Shown: positions 30,929-43,543, counted from the stretch's first letter. The stretch is 64,000 nucleotides of DNA from an uncultured bacterium (GCA_963701085.1 OY969561.1:960001-1024000), one strand, 5' to 3'. The notes: generated by a model not told the origin, from the letters alone. Program-made: numbers and translations.

Positions 30929-31921
30929 ATGATACATAGCTCAGTTCCAACACAAGCAGTTATTGACCAGATAAAATTAGAAAGTAATCGATTTAATGAT
31001 CTACCAACAGAAATTAGTAAAGTTATTGTTGGGCAAAATCATATCATTGATTTAATTGTTAATGCAATTTTGTGCAAAGGCCACATTCTCCTAGAAGGTG
31101 TTCCTGGCGTTGCAAAAACAACTATGATTAAAGCGGTTGCATCTGCACTTGGTCTAACATTTAATAGAATTCAATTTACGCCAGATTTATTACCATCAGA
31201 TCTTATTGGCACCTTAATTTTTAATCCAAAAACACATGATTTTGAAACAAAAAAAGGTCCTATTTTTGCAAACCTCATTCTTGCGGATGAAATTAACCGT
31301 GCTCCTGCAAAAGTTCAAGCTGCACTTCTTGAAGCAATGCAAGAACAACAAGTCACCATTGGTTCCCAAACATATAAGCTTGATGCGCCATTTTTAGTAT
31401 TTGCAACACAAAATCCTGTTGAACAAGAAGGCACTTACCGTTTGCCTGAAGCGCAACTCGATCGATTTTTGTTTAAAATTCATGTTGATTACCCTACTAT
31501 ATTTGAAGAACTTGAAATTTTAAATCGCTCAAATGCTACCAATGCTCTTACGCAAGTATTAACCAAAAATGATATTCTTGAGTCACAACAATTAACACAA
31601 GCTATTTATGTTGATGAAAAAATAAAACAATACATTCTTGCGATTGTATTTGCAACACGTAAACCAGCTGATTATAAATTACAAGATCTTAGTTCATATA
31701 TTAGTTATGGCGTTTCACCACGAGCAACTCTTGCTCTGTATCATGCGGCAAAAACACATGCTTTCTTGGCTAAACGGCATTATGTAACACCAGATGATGT
31801 TAAAGCTGTCTGCTATCCAGCCCTCAGACATAGAATGCATTTGACCTATGAAGCTGAAGCAGACAATATTACCGCGGATGCAATTATCAAAAAAATCATC
31901 AATACCATTCCAGCACCATAA
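30929..31921 (+). CDS. moxR: MoxR family AAA+ ATPase
   Basis: GVPGVAKT, RIQFTPDLLPSD, DEINRAPAKVQAALLEAM, LPEAQLDRF. Confidence 0.93.
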   Translation: MIHSSVPTQAVIDQIKLESNRFNDLPTEISKVIVGQNHIIDLIVNAILCKGHILLEGVPGVAKTTMIKAVASALGLTFNRIQFTPDLLPSDLIGTLIFNPKTHDFETKKGPIFANLILADEINRAPAKVQAALLEAMQEQQVTIGSQTYKLDAPFLVFATQNPVEQEGTYRLPEAQLDRFLFKIHVDYPTIFEELEILNRSNATNALTQVLTKNDILESQQLTQAIYVDEKIKQYILAIVFATRKPADYKLQDLSSYISYGVSPRATLALYHAAKTHAFLAKRHYVTPDDVKAVCYPALRHRMHLTYEAEADNITADAIIKKIINTIPAP

Positions 31922-31927
31922 CTCTTT

Positions 31928-31994
31928 GCGCTCATCCTGAACTTGTTGAAGGATTAAGCGCGCTTTAATTCTTCAACAAGTTCAGAATGAGCGC
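31928..31994. repeat. Palindromic REP-like element
   Basis: gcgctcatcctgaacttgttgaagga...ttcttcaacaagttcagaatgagcgc. Confidence 0.88.
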
Positions 31995-32104
31995 GGTAGG
32001 AATTTTTAATCTTAGTAAAAAATTCATCTGTTGGTATACTTGACAACGATAAGACAAGAGCGTTATTGTGAAAAAAGTAAAAAAAATAATGCAAGGAATT
32101 CTCA

Positions 32105-33211
32105 ATGAAACATCCATTTTGGATTATAAATCTTGGACTACTTTCTCTGGTCCTGGCTGTCTTTGCATTTGTTTATATATCGAATATCAAAATTCCTCAA
32201 CGAGAAGATATTGAGCCTGCGCAAGTATCACCAAGAAAAGAGCTAAAAGTTGCTATCAATATAAAAAAAATCTACGAAGATGATCTTTTTGGAACATACA
32301 CCCAAGAACTTCCACGCTTAAAACAACTTGAATCAACCATTCCTTTTCCAGAACCTCCTGCTCAACAAAAAATCACCATACCGGCAATCATTGAGCCTGA
32401 ATTTCTTGATCCCTTACAAGTAACCCTTAAAGGTATTATCGTGGTAAGTTCTAATGATTCAAAAAACAGAGCAATGATTCAGGATAATAAAACAATGCAA
32501 GAAGGTACGTATAAAGTAGGTGATCTTATCCAAGATGCTCAATTAATACGAATTTTTAAAAATAAAATAATCTTCTTACGTCTCAATGGGCAACAAGAAG
32601 TTCTTTACTTACGTGAACAAGATGCAAAAGTTGATCCAGCATATTCACTATCACATGAATGGGATACGGTCGTTAAAAAAACAGGAAATAATAATTATCT
32701 GATCAATCCAAAAGCATTCGTTGAACATGTTAAAAATTTAACTGAATGTATTGATCTCCTCAATGCAACAACTGCATACCAACAAGGAAAAAGTTTAGGA
32801 CTGCGCGTAGGAAATCTTTCAAAATCACCATTTGGTGGCCTTATTGGATTGCAAAATGGCGACATTGTACTATCAATAAATAATATCCCTGCTCAAACAA
32901 CACAGGAACGTCTTGCTATCTACAAAAATATTACCTCATTAAAAGCAGGTAACACGATAACCATAAAACTCATTCGTAAAAATAAAGAAATGGATATTAT
33001 CTATACATTAGAAGATTTCACTACTGGAGTAGAAAAAGAAAAAAATAGCCCAGACATACAACAAGAAACAGCCTTTTTTCCACCTAAAAAAAATGATGCT
33101 TCCATTAAACAACAACATTATGCATTTACCCCTACAATTGATAAAATAAAAAAAGCGGATCATCAAATGATGTTTCAAAAAGGCAGCTCTTTAATGCATA
33201 GTAGCAGTTGA
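32105..33211 (+). CDS. gspC: Type II secretion protein GspC-like with PDZ domain
   Basis: N-terminal TM, LKGII..RAMI..YKVGDLI HR domain, GLQNGDIVLSIN PDZ; precedes secretin. Confidence 0.8.
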   Translation: MKHPFWIINLGLLSLVLAVFAFVYISNIKIPQREDIEPAQVSPRKELKVAINIKKIYEDDLFGTYTQELPRLKQLESTIPFPEPPAQQKITIPAIIEPEFLDPLQVTLKGIIVVSSNDSKNRAMIQDNKTMQEGTYKVGDLIQDAQLIRIFKNKIIFLRLNGQQEVLYLREQDAKVDPAYSLSHEWDTVVKKTGNNNYLINPKAFVEHVKNLTECIDLLNATTAYQQGKSLGLRVGNLSKSPFGGLIGLQNGDIVLSINNIPAQTTQERLAIYKNITSLKAGNTITIKLIRKNKEMDIIYTLEDFTTGVEKEKNSPDIQQETAFFPPKKNDASIKQQHYAFTPTIDKIKKADHQMMFQKGSSLMHSSS

Positions 33212-33225
33212 ACTGAGTAAAAATT

Positions 33226-35770
33226 ATGAATAAATATAGCGTTAATTTTTGTTTTGTTTTTATGCTTGCCTCCGTTATGTGCACAACAGAAACGGGAAGC
33301 AGAAAACGTTATCGCAATAAAAAACAGGCTTCAACTAAAAATGTTAACACGCATATGAATGTTGAAGCTTATCAACCTCAAACCAACAACACTCCCTCCT
33401 TCGCCACTGCGCCAGGCACGGCATCCCTGAAAACAAAAGCTCCAGCAGGTACTACTGGTATGCCTCAAATTCAACAAAAAATAGAAAAATCTGCTCATCA
33501 ATACAGTGATCCTCTTGTTGAGCCTCAAATCCCAGCCACTGAAAATAAAGCGACCAAGCCAGTAGAAATGCCTATTTCTGTTAATGAAGATGAAGATGAA
33601 GACAGTATAGAACTTAATTTTGAAAATGCCGGTCTTGAGAATTTTGCTAAACAGATCGAAGACATATTTGAAATAACCTTAATTAGCGATGATGCTCTTT
33701 CTCCACTACCACAAGGTAAGAAGGCTATAAAAAGCAATAAAATATCATTTAAAACAAATCAGCCTCTTTCCAAAAAAGAAACGTGGAATCTTTTTGTTAC
33801 ATTTCTTGATATAGCTGGTTTTGCTGTTATTCCTCAAGCCGATCCAAAAGTTTTCCATATCACCACCATAGAAGCTGCACGCAAATCACCACTACCTACA
33901 TTTATTGGTGTTGATCCAACAACATTGCCTGATACCGATGAACTAATTCGCTATGTTTATTTCTTGGAAAATGCATCCACAGAAACTATCATGGGAATTG
34001 TCGGACCGCTCAGAAGCAGTAGTTCACAAGGCCTTATTGAACTAAAAGAGCATAAAGGATTTATCCTTACCGATAAGTCTTATAACATCAAAATGCTTAT
34101 GTCTATTGTTAAAGAACTTGATAAGGTGAGCATTCCTGAATCAATGTCCATTCTTAAATTGCGTAATGCTGATGCAAAACAAGTACAAGACCTCTACAAA
34201 GAATTACTCCCTAAAGAAGAGCAAACATCACGATTCTTTACAAAAAAACAACCAACATCTCTCTTTTTCCCTGAAAACACTCGCATTATTGCTGACCCTC
34301 GCACTAACACACTTATTTTACTCGGGCCTACAAATTCAATTCAAAAAATTGAACAGTTCATTATGAAATATATTGATGTTGAACTTGATCAAGCATACTC
34401 TCCGTTGTATACCTATCAACTTAAATATGCTGATGCAGCAACAATTGCCGATATCATGACCAAGGTAACATCATTCGGTCAAGAGACAGATGCAGGCAAA
34501 TATGGTGGTGTTCGTGGCACTGATCAATACATGAGGCCAATGGTATTCATTCCAGAAAAAGAAACCAATCGGCTTATCATCAAAGGACATTACGAAGATT
34601 ATCTCAAAGCACAAAAAGTGATTGCTCAACTTGATGAAAAGCAACCGCAAGCTGCGATTGAAGTTCTGATTGTCACTGTTGATCTTACTGATACAAAAAG
34701 TCTTGGTGCTCAAATCAGAAGCAAACAACCAGGACCAAACGGGCTCCTTGGTAACAATATTAAATTCCAGACATCAGGACTTTATGGAACTCCAGGATAG
34801 TCACCAATCCTAACCCTTCAACGGGAACGGAAAGATTGCTCGGTAATCTTGTCAACCTTGTTACCGGCGCTATTCCTGGAACATCATTATTAACACTTGG
34901 TCAAGATGCTTTTGGTGTATGGGGCATTTTCGAAGCACTGCAAACCATTACTGATGCTGAAGTTGTATCAAATCCATTTATTCTTGCAACTAACAATGCC
35001 AAAGCAACCGTTGCAATTGGTGAAGAACGCCGTATCGCAACATCTCTTGTTGTTGCAGGACGGCACCAACCAAAAGGGATTTGATGCCGATGATGCAAAA
35101 CTGGAAGTTACCATCACTCCTCAAATTAATTCTGATGGCATGATTGGTCTTGCTATAAATATTACCATCAATGAATTCACCACGTCTGCTACTACCAATC
35201 CAAATGATGCTACCCAAAACACCAGAATCATCAACACGAATGCTATTGTTGCTAACAAAGAAGTTCTTGCTCTTGGCGGTCTCATTAGAGATAATATACA
35301 AAACATAGAAAGCAAGGTACCTATACTCGGTGATATTCCTATTCTTGGCTGGTTCTTTAAAAATAAACAAAAAACAGTTATCAAACAAAGCCTTCTTGTT
35401 CTTATCTCAACACGCATCATAGAATCTCATAAAGGCGAAGAAATGAAATCATTCACCCGTGACCATATTGATGATTACCAAAACACTATCAATGATATGG
35501 AATACGTATTCTGCAAACGTGATCCTATTGATCATGCATTCTTCAAAGATAAAAATTTACGTGCAGAAGGAGCTGTTGAAGGTCTTATTTTTGAACGTCA
35601 TCAAAAGAGAACAGGAACCTGAAAAAATATTCAGCCAGACACAATTCAGCCAGAGCCCGACACAACAGATGAGAAACCAGAGCGCTACGCAATCAGCACA
35701 TAATAGCCTCATAGAGACTATACAAAGCAAAAAACGAACTCAGCTATCGCTGTCAGATTTTTTGACATGA
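33226..35770 (+). CDS. gspD: Type II secretion secretin GspD (copy 1), several frameshifts
   Basis: N0 ELNFENA, N-domains ADPRTNTLIL and LKYADA, secretin core LALGGLI..KVPILGDIPILGWFFK. Confidence 0.85.
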
Positions 35771-35785
35771 TAAGGAGGCACACAC

Positions 35786-37422
35786 ATGAGCCAATTTATT
35801 AAGGACATATTTTTACCAGAAAAAATAAATTCGTATTACCTTTTTTCAAAAACTGTTGTTGGTATTGAAATTAATAAAACAAATATTATCGCAACAAAAA
35901 CTCGTATACAAGGCAATACGAGCACCATAGAACTCATTATTGAAGAAAAAATATCAGAAGAAGTATCAGAAGAAGATTTTCAACGAACAACACCAACATT
36001 AACATCTATTTTTTCTAAAATTGGTAACTATGATGAAATACACACAACACTGCCTAGTTCTGTTGTTGTATTTAAAGAACTAAAACTCCCCTTTGTATCA
36101 CGTGAAAAAATCAGCATGGTGATAGGGTTTGAAATTGAACCACTTTTACCATTTTCATTACGTGATGCTGCTATTGATTTTATTATTACCAGAGAAATTC
36201 CCGAGGAAAAAAGCTCAGAAATTTTAGTCACTGCCGTGCAAAAACAACAACATTATTCATCATCTAGAGATGTTTGCAGCTGCAGGATTAAAACCAGATG
36301 TTATCACTGTTGATATAATTGCTCTCTATGGCCTTTACCGACAAATCGATGCGTATAAACAACTCCAAGGAGGCACGGTACTCATTAACATCACTTCCCA
36401 TACAACCAGTATTGCTCTCATAATTAATGGACAGTTAAAAACAGTGCGAACATTGCCAAGAGGTGTTATTGCACTCACCAAGCAAATTGCTCAAGAAATT
36501 AATAAAACACCTCAAGAAATGTTGGATCATTTACTCCGCTTTGGCCTTGAAGCAACTGACATTCCTGCGCATTCACCTGCGATAGAAAAAGCAGTTACCG
36601 AATGGTGGAATTCTATTAATTTTACCTTGAACTCATTTTCTACACAGCTACTCAACAATCAACCAATAACAAAAATTATTTTTCTTGGCAGAGGATCACT
36701 TATTAAAGGACTCATTCCCTTTATTGGTCAAAAAAGTGGCATAGCTTGTGAGTTATTTAATTCTGAAAGCGTTAGTCAAGATCCAACGTGCATTATTAAA
36801 AATAGTACCTCCATAACTCCTATCAATGTTATTAGTGCAAGTGCCACATTGCCTCTTTCTACAACTATTGATTATAATCTTGCACAAAAAGAGTTCAAAA
36901 CACCGGATAACTCATTACTACTCAAACAATCAATTGTTCTTATTGTTCTTACATTAGGGCTATTTGCTGCACTCATTACCCATTACTCTTTACAAACAAA
37001 TAAGCTAAAAAAAGAATTTCAAGCATCTGAACTTGAGGCTCTCACCGCACTTACCTCGACGTTTAAATCATTAGAAGATGAAAAAAACTTACATGATGCT
37101 ATTGAGGAAGCAGAAAAAGAAGTAGAAGAACAAAAAAAGAGATGGTTTGCTTTTTCAGCATCAATCTCGTGCTTCTTCCTTACAATATTTACTTGAACTC
37201 TCTAAAAGAATTGATAAAAAAAGCATTGATTTTAAAGTTGAACAAGTAACTATAGCAGAAGGCTTTTTAACACTCAAAGCAGAAGTGAGAGATCACGATG
37301 CACTTAAAATTCTGAGCCGCGAACTTGCACAATCAGAACTATTTGGACCATTTGAATCACCAGAAACTCCACAATTTACCATGAAAATACCGCTCGCAAC
37401 CAGCAATGAGGAACTCTTATGA
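35786..37422 (+). CDS. GspL/PilM-like actin-fold assembly protein, frameshifted
   Basis: VGIEIN, LKLPF..KI..VIGFEIEPLLPF, IIFLGRGS, late TM and periplasmic tail across three ORFs. Confidence 0.7.
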
Positions 37423-37982
37423 TGCTCCTTGAACCAATTAAAACTTTTTTTAATAAAACTGATTCAAAAACATTTTCCTATTATATTATAGGCTATCTTG
37501 CTGCATGCTTACTCCTTTTTATACTTATTATTTTTTATTATTATAGCTCAACAAATGCCTTACAAAAAAAGATAAAAAATCTCAACAGTACACGAGAAGA
37601 AGTGCTTGTTATACTAGAAAATGCAGCACTTGTTCAACAACAACGCCTCATGGTAGAAGAAACACTTGCAAAGGATACTGATTTTAAAATTGGTGGCTAC
37701 TTTAAAAATCTTTTAATAAAACTTAATCTCAAAGATAAAGAAGTTGCTGAGGAAACATCCACCTCAGATCTTGAAGAAAATTATCGTAAAAGTGAACTGA
37801 GTGCTAAGTTTGAAGATCTGAGTATGAAAGAATTCACTGAACTGTTACAAGAAATTGAACAAAATTCTCGTATTGCTACCAACCGTATTGAAATAACAAA
37901 ATCAAAAAAGAAACCAAAAACAATTGAAGCGAGCCTCACTATTTCAACATTGTTACCAAAAATAGAAATCACCGCCACCTAA
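37419..37982 (+). CDS. GspM-like protein
   Basis: TM, coiled coil, LSMKEFTELLQEIEQ; position in T2SS block. Confidence 0.65.
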   Translation: MMLLEPIKTFFNKTDSKTFSYYIIGYLAACLLLFILIIFYYYSSTNALQKKIKNLNSTREEVLVILENAALVQQQRLMVEETLAKDTDFKIGGYFKNLLIKLNLKDKEVAEETSTSDLEENYRKSELSAKFEDLSMKEFTELLQEIEQNSRIATNRIEITKSKKKPKTIEASLTISTLLPKIEITAT

Positions 37983-37994
37983 GGGACAAGGTAA

Positions 37995-40473
37995 ATGAAA
38001 ATAATAAAAAATTATAAAACCTAAAAACTTTCTTTTTCTTTTCTCATAGCCTACCCTTCAACTAGTTGTGCACCGCATCAATACATGCTATCATGCAGCA
38101 TGAATGCAACAAACTGTAAACATTGTAACTTGAACAAGAATTTCCTGATTTCAGTTTTAACTATGAAAATGAAGATATTGTTACTATTATTAATCAGTTA
38201 GCTGCATTAAAAGATCTTAATGTCATTTTGCCACAAGGCGATATTCTTAATGCAAAAGTAACACTGCATATTGAAAAAAAAATCACTCTTACTCAAGCTT
38301 GGGATCTTCTTAATACACTGTTAGATATTGCTGGTTTTTTCATTATTCCACAAGGCTCCACTATCAGAATAGTCAGATCAGGCAAGGAAATATCACGTGA
38401 GCCAATGCCAACCTATATAGGGGTTCATCCTAATGATTTACCAAATAATGATCAACCAATTCGCTATCTTTACTATCTTGCTAATATAAAAATTTCTGAT
38501 CAACCAGAAAATGAATTGAATGGTATCTTAAAAGATATTTTACCTGAAAATGCTTTTTATAAGGGTGATTCGGTCACTAATGGTTTATTAATAATAGCAA
38601 AAGCAAATGACATTCGTGCTGCTATGAAAATTATTATAGAACTTGATCAAGTAAATTTTCAGGAAAAAATTGATATCATTACATTACGTCACACCTCTGC
38701 AAGTATTGTAGCTCAACTCATTAATGAACAACTCATTAAAACAGAAGCCACCAATCCGTATCGCCTTGATACAAAAAAAGCAAAAGAAATACCATATTTT
38801 TCTGGTTTCACCAAAATAATTCCTGAAGTTCGTCTCAACAAACTTATCATTCTTGGACGGCCTCAAGCGGTAGAACGATTAAAAGATTTTATTAAAAAAT
38901 ATATCGATGTTGCACCAGATTCAGGTAAATCAATTCTACACGTCTATCGATTACAATATCTCGATGCAAAAACACTTGCTCCTGTTCTTGAAAAAATAGT
39001 ACAAGGAGGTGGCAATGGCGGACCAAGCCAAGCAAGTGCAGGAGAAACAAAAACTGGCGGTATTGAACGTTTCTTTGATAAAGTAATCATTTATACTGAT
39101 AGCCCTCAAGACAGCGGTGCAGATAGTGCAAACACCTCTGACAAACAACAACAATATTTTACTATTATGGTGGCAATAATTTAGTTATTGCTGCCCGTAA
39201 TGATGACTGGAAACAGATAAAAAAACTGATTGAAGAATTAGACACTCCACAAAGACAGGTACTTATTGAAGTGTTAGTAGCAGATTTAACGGTTGAAGAC
39301 TCACGCTTGCTCGGCTCTATGACACGTGTTCCTGACAAAGTACCTCTTCCTGATGATATTCAATTTCAGTCAGCAATGCTTGCTCCAGCACTACCAATTC
39401 CACTACCAGCTGCTCCACCTGCCCCTGGACCTACAACAACTATTCAATCTGATCTTTTAGCAAATGCTTATACTAACTCCAACGGCTCACCCGTTCTTGC
39501 TAATCCAACGAGTAGTGGCACAAACAACATCGCTGACTTTGCATCTACTGGTACTACATTGCTCTCATTAAATGATAATGATGGTAATACTTGGAGTATC
39601 TGGGAACTTCTGCAATTGTTTACGAGCACAAAAATACTATCGCATCCTCATGTTATGGCACGAAACAATAAAGAAGCGGTTGTTTCTATCGGTCAAACAC
39701 GGTGGCTTGTGGATAAAGTAAAAGATATCTCTAGCGTTAACTATGGTGGTGCAACAACAATTCAATATAAACCAATTGCTGCTAACCTTACCGTAAAAAT
39801 TACACCACGCATTAGCAGCGCAAGCACCGTTAATCTGCAAGTCCTTGTTGAAATTGATGAATTTATCTCAAATACTACCAATACGACTAATAATACTAAA
39901 AACATCAGAAGACTAGAAACCAACGCAAACATAAAAAGTGGTGGTATTTTTGCTCTTGGAGGACTGATCAGAACAACAAGTACATCTAGTGTTAAAGAAA
40001 CTCCATTCTTAGGAAAAATTCCGATAATTGGATGGTTCTTTAAAAGCAAAAGTAATGATGTTCTCAAAAATAACTTAACCGTTTTTATCTCTCCAACTAT
40101 TATTGAACCTCGACTCCGCGATGGAGCAAATGAATATACGCAAGATTATATTAATATTGCAAAGAATGAATCTCGTGGAAACCTCTTTGATTCCCTCACG
40201 GATCCTATTACACGCTGGTTCTTTGCTGGAGAAGAAGTTGATGCGGAAAAAGCGATAGATAAATTTGTTGCAAAGGATGAAACACTGCCACAAAATGATA
40301 TTACCCGTAAAAAAAATAATCCCCCGAAATCAAAATCTCGGCAAAATCGTGAGGACAGCACGGATATACTAACCCATACAGCTGAAGGCTTTGTTGCAGA
40401 AAATAGCAATTATCACCTGCCAGATTTAAAAAAAATAATCGCCGATGATCCAAATCCCTTCTTAAAAGCGTAG
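37995..40473 (+). CDS. gspD: Type II secretion secretin GspD (copy 2), several frameshifts
   Basis: FNYENEDIV N0, repeated N domains, QVLIEVLV, ILSHPHV, LGGLI..PFLGKIPIIGWFFK, VFISPTII. Confidence 0.85.
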
Positions 40474-40632
40474 TTTTTATTAAAAAAGCCCTTCTTTTTG
40501 ATGCCTAAAAAGCCTCATCAGAAGGGATTTTTGTTTGCAATACTATGAAAATATTGCAAACTGCAATATCAAACTGATAGAATAATGGAGTATACGTAAA
40601 AACCATTATTTTAAAAAAAAGGGGAGATCTTC

Positions 40633-41150
40633 ATGAAAAACACAAAAAATATAGTACTATCGCTCGCATCAATCGTAGTATTAATGAGTGCACAAGTCAT
40701 CAAGTGTGCACGGCAAATGGCTGAAAATCTGCACTATTAACTGCACAACAAACACAAAACCCTGGCTTTGAAGTTTTTAATAAAGCAGCAAACCCAATAA
40801 CCATTACAATCTTCCTGGATGATAAATTTGATCAACATGCTAATATCCCTGCTGGTCAAAAATTTTCAACAAAACATTGATGTAAATAAGTCTATACAGC
40901 TTGGCATTTACAGTAAACAAACATGCAATTGTCAATCGGTGCTTTTTCAAAGAATAACTCCTAAACCGGATTATCTCTATAATCTTAACGCTTCAGGAAA
41001 AACAAAATATTTAACATGGAATCCTGACGATAAAAATCTAATCCTTTATATCCGCAAACAGGACCAAAAATGGGATTAACAGGAAAATCAGAATCTGGCT
41101 ATCCATTTTGGGCGACTAATATTCAACAATCAGAAATAACACCAAAATAA
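40633..41150 (+). CDS. Small secreted protein, paralog 1 of 3 (frameshifted)
   Basis: MKNTK start; NPGFEVFNK, YNLNASGKTKYLTWNPDDK, LYPQTGP across frames. Confidence 0.65.
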
Positions 41151-41201
41151 ATAATTAAAAATCTATTATTATCATAAACCTAAAACGCGAAAGAAAGTAT
41201 C

Positions 41202-41696
41202 ATGAAAAACACAAAAAATATGTTCATATCGATCGCATCAGTCGTAATATTGTTTGCTTTACACACATCAACTATCGTAGCTGCAGTTACTCCTAATCCT
41301 GGCTTTGAAGTTTTTAATAAATCAGCAAAGCCAATTCTGATTACAATCTCCCTGGATAACATCCTTATGGAGAGAGCTCCTCGTATTGATGCTGGTAAAA
41401 CATATTCATGCGCCATAGCACTGGATCAAACTGTGCAGCTTGGCATTTACACCGGAGAAGTAAAAGAATTACACAAGGATAGGTCAGGTAACATAATAAA
41501 TAAACCGGATTATTCCTATGAACTTAATGCTCCAAGAAAAACAAAATATGTATCTTGGAACCCTGACGATAAAAGTCATGCTGCTAATCCTTTATATCCT
41601 CAAACAGGTCCATGGATGGGATTATTACGTAGAACAGAAACTGGCTTTCCATTGGGTAAGAACAATATTACACAGGAACAAATTATAAAAAAATAA
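41202..41696 (+). CDS. Small secreted protein, paralog 2 of 3
   Basis: Signal peptide; PGFEVFNKS; KTKYVSWNPDDKSHAANPLYPQTGPWMGL. Confidence 0.8.
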   Translation: MKNTKNMFISIASVVILFALHTSTIVAAVTPNPGFEVFNKSAKPILITISLDNILMERAPRIDAGKTYSCAIALDQTVQLGIYTGEVKELHKDRSGNIINKPDYSYELNAPRKTKYVSWNPDDKSHAANPLYPQTGPWMGLLRRTETGFPLGKNNITQEQIIKK

Positions 41697-41746
41697 GCAT
41701 AAAAACCTCATTATTATCATAAACCTAAAATGCTAAAGAAAGTATC

Positions 41747-42235
41747 ATGAAAAACACAAAATATATATTCATATCGCTCGCATCAGCCGTAATATTGTTG
41801 AGTTCACATATATCAACTATTGTAGCTGGAGTTACTCATGATCCTGGTTTTGAAGTTTTTAATAAATCAGCAACCCCAATTCAGATTATAATCTCTCTGG
41901 ATAAACAACCTCTAAAACCTGTTGTTATCTCTGCTGGTAAAAAGTATTCATGCGCCATTGAACTGACTCGATCTGTGCAGCTTACAATTAACACTCAACC
42001 TGCGCAGCTCATTGACGTCCGAACAAAAGATAAGTCTAAGTCTATGCACTATGTCTATGATCTCAATGCTCCAGGAAAAACAAAATATGTATCTTGGAAC
42101 CCCGATGATAAAAGTCATGCTGCTAATCCTTTATATCCTCAAACAGGTCCATGGATGGGATTATTAGGTAAAACAGAATCTGGTTTTCCATTGGGAAATA
42201 ATGTTACACAATCGGAAATAACATACGTGAGATAA
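41747..42235 (+). CDS. Small secreted protein, paralog 3 of 3
   Basis: Same motifs as paralog 2; duplicated upstream sequence. Confidence 0.8.
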   Translation: MKNTKYIFISLASAVILLSSHISTIVAGVTHDPGFEVFNKSATPIQIIISLDKQPLKPVVISAGKKYSCAIELTRSVQLTINTQPAQLIDVRTKDKSKSMHYVYDLNAPGKTKYVSWNPDDKSHAANPLYPQTGPWMGLLGKTESGFPLGNNVTQSEITYVR

Positions 42236-42304
42236 CTACGCAAGCTAAAAAAAGATCTCTCGGTATTTATCAAAAAATACAGAGAGATTTTTAATTTTAA
42301 TTTT

Positions 42305-43543
42305 TTATATTGCCATCAAATTTTCTTCTATACTCAGCAACCGATTATATTTTGCCATACGTTCACCACGGGAACAACCTCCCGCTTTAATATGCGCAGC
42401 ACTGGTACCAACAGCAAAATCGGCTATAAATGAATCATTGGTTTCTCCCGATCGATGAGAAACAATAACATCCCATTCATTATCTTTGCATAATTGAATA
42501 GCTTGTAATGTTTCAGTTACTGTGCCAATTTGATTTGGTTTGATAAGTGCAGCTGTTGCACAACTATTTTCTATGCCATACCAAATGCGTTCTGGGTCAG
42601 TAGTAAATAAATCATCACCAACTATTTTAACGCGAGAACCTAATTCTTTCTTTAAATCACGCCATCCATTCCAGTCTGATTCACCCAACCCATCTTCTAT
42701 TGAATACATTGGATAACGTGATATAAGATTTTCATACCACTCAATAAGTTCATGAGCTGAAACTTCAGTGCCGTTCCACAAGTACATTCCTGTTGCACTG
42801 TTATATAAATGAGAAGCTGCAACATCAAGCGCTAACATGACATTGCTTCCATTGCCAGATTTCTCAATTGCTTCCATCAACAAATCAAACGGTTCATATT
42901 CATTACTAAAAGAAGGAATAAATTCTCCTTCATACCCAACAGAAATGATCTTTCCTTTTGCGCATAAAATCTCTTTTAACGCATGATAAATAGTAACGCC
43001 AGTATCCATAGCGTCATGAAAAGAAAATTCTTTTGTAGGAACAATGAGAAGCTCTTGAATCTGAAAATTATTATATGCATGCAACCCACCTCCGAACATA
43101 TTAAACATTGGGCACGGCAAAGCTACGGTAGAATATTCAGAAATATGAGCAATAAATTCATATAGTTCAGCCCCTTCGATATACGCTTGGGCCTTGCATA
43201 CAGCCATGCTCACCGCAAGAAGAGAATTTGCACCAAGACGAGACTTATTTTCTGTTCCATCTAAATGTAACAACTCAAGATCAAACGTAATGACATCAGG
43301 TGCTCTATCAACCAATGTTGGAGCAATGATCTCTTCAATAACCTGCACGGCCTTTTGAACACCAAGCCCCATTAAACGATTTCCCCCATCACGCAACTCA
43401 ACTGCCTCATGCGTACCACGTGAAATGCCTGCAGGTACCGATGCGGTAACCGTCACACCATCACTCAAAGAAACAGCACATTCAACGGTGGGAACTCCTC
43501 GCGAATCAAAAATTTCACGTGCATGAATAGCATGTATCTTCAT
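42305..43543 (-). CDS. eno: Enolase
   Basis: REIFDSRG.PTVE, EAVELRDG, SIEDG, VGDDL, IKPNQIGT, SHRSGET. Confidence 0.93.
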   Translation of the reverse strand: MKIHAIHAREIFDSRGVPTVECAVSLSDGVTVTASVPAGISRGTHEAVELRDGGNRLMGLGVQKAVQVIEEIIAPTLVDRAPDVITFDLELLHLDGTENKSRLGANSLLAVSMAVCKAQAYIEGAELYEFIAHISEYSTVALPCPMFNMFGGGLHAYNNFQIQELLIVPTKEFSFHDAMDTGVTIYHALKEILCAKGKIISVGYEGEFIPSFSNEYEPFDLLMEAIEKSGNGSNVMLALDVAASHLYNSATGMYLWNGTEVSAHELIEWYENLISRYPMYSIEDGLGESDWNGWRDLKKELGSRVKIVGDDLFTTDPERIWYGIENSCATAALIKPNQIGTVTETLQAIQLCKDNEWDVIVSHRSGETNDSFIADFAVGTSAAHIKAGGCSRGERMAKYNRLLSIEENLMAI

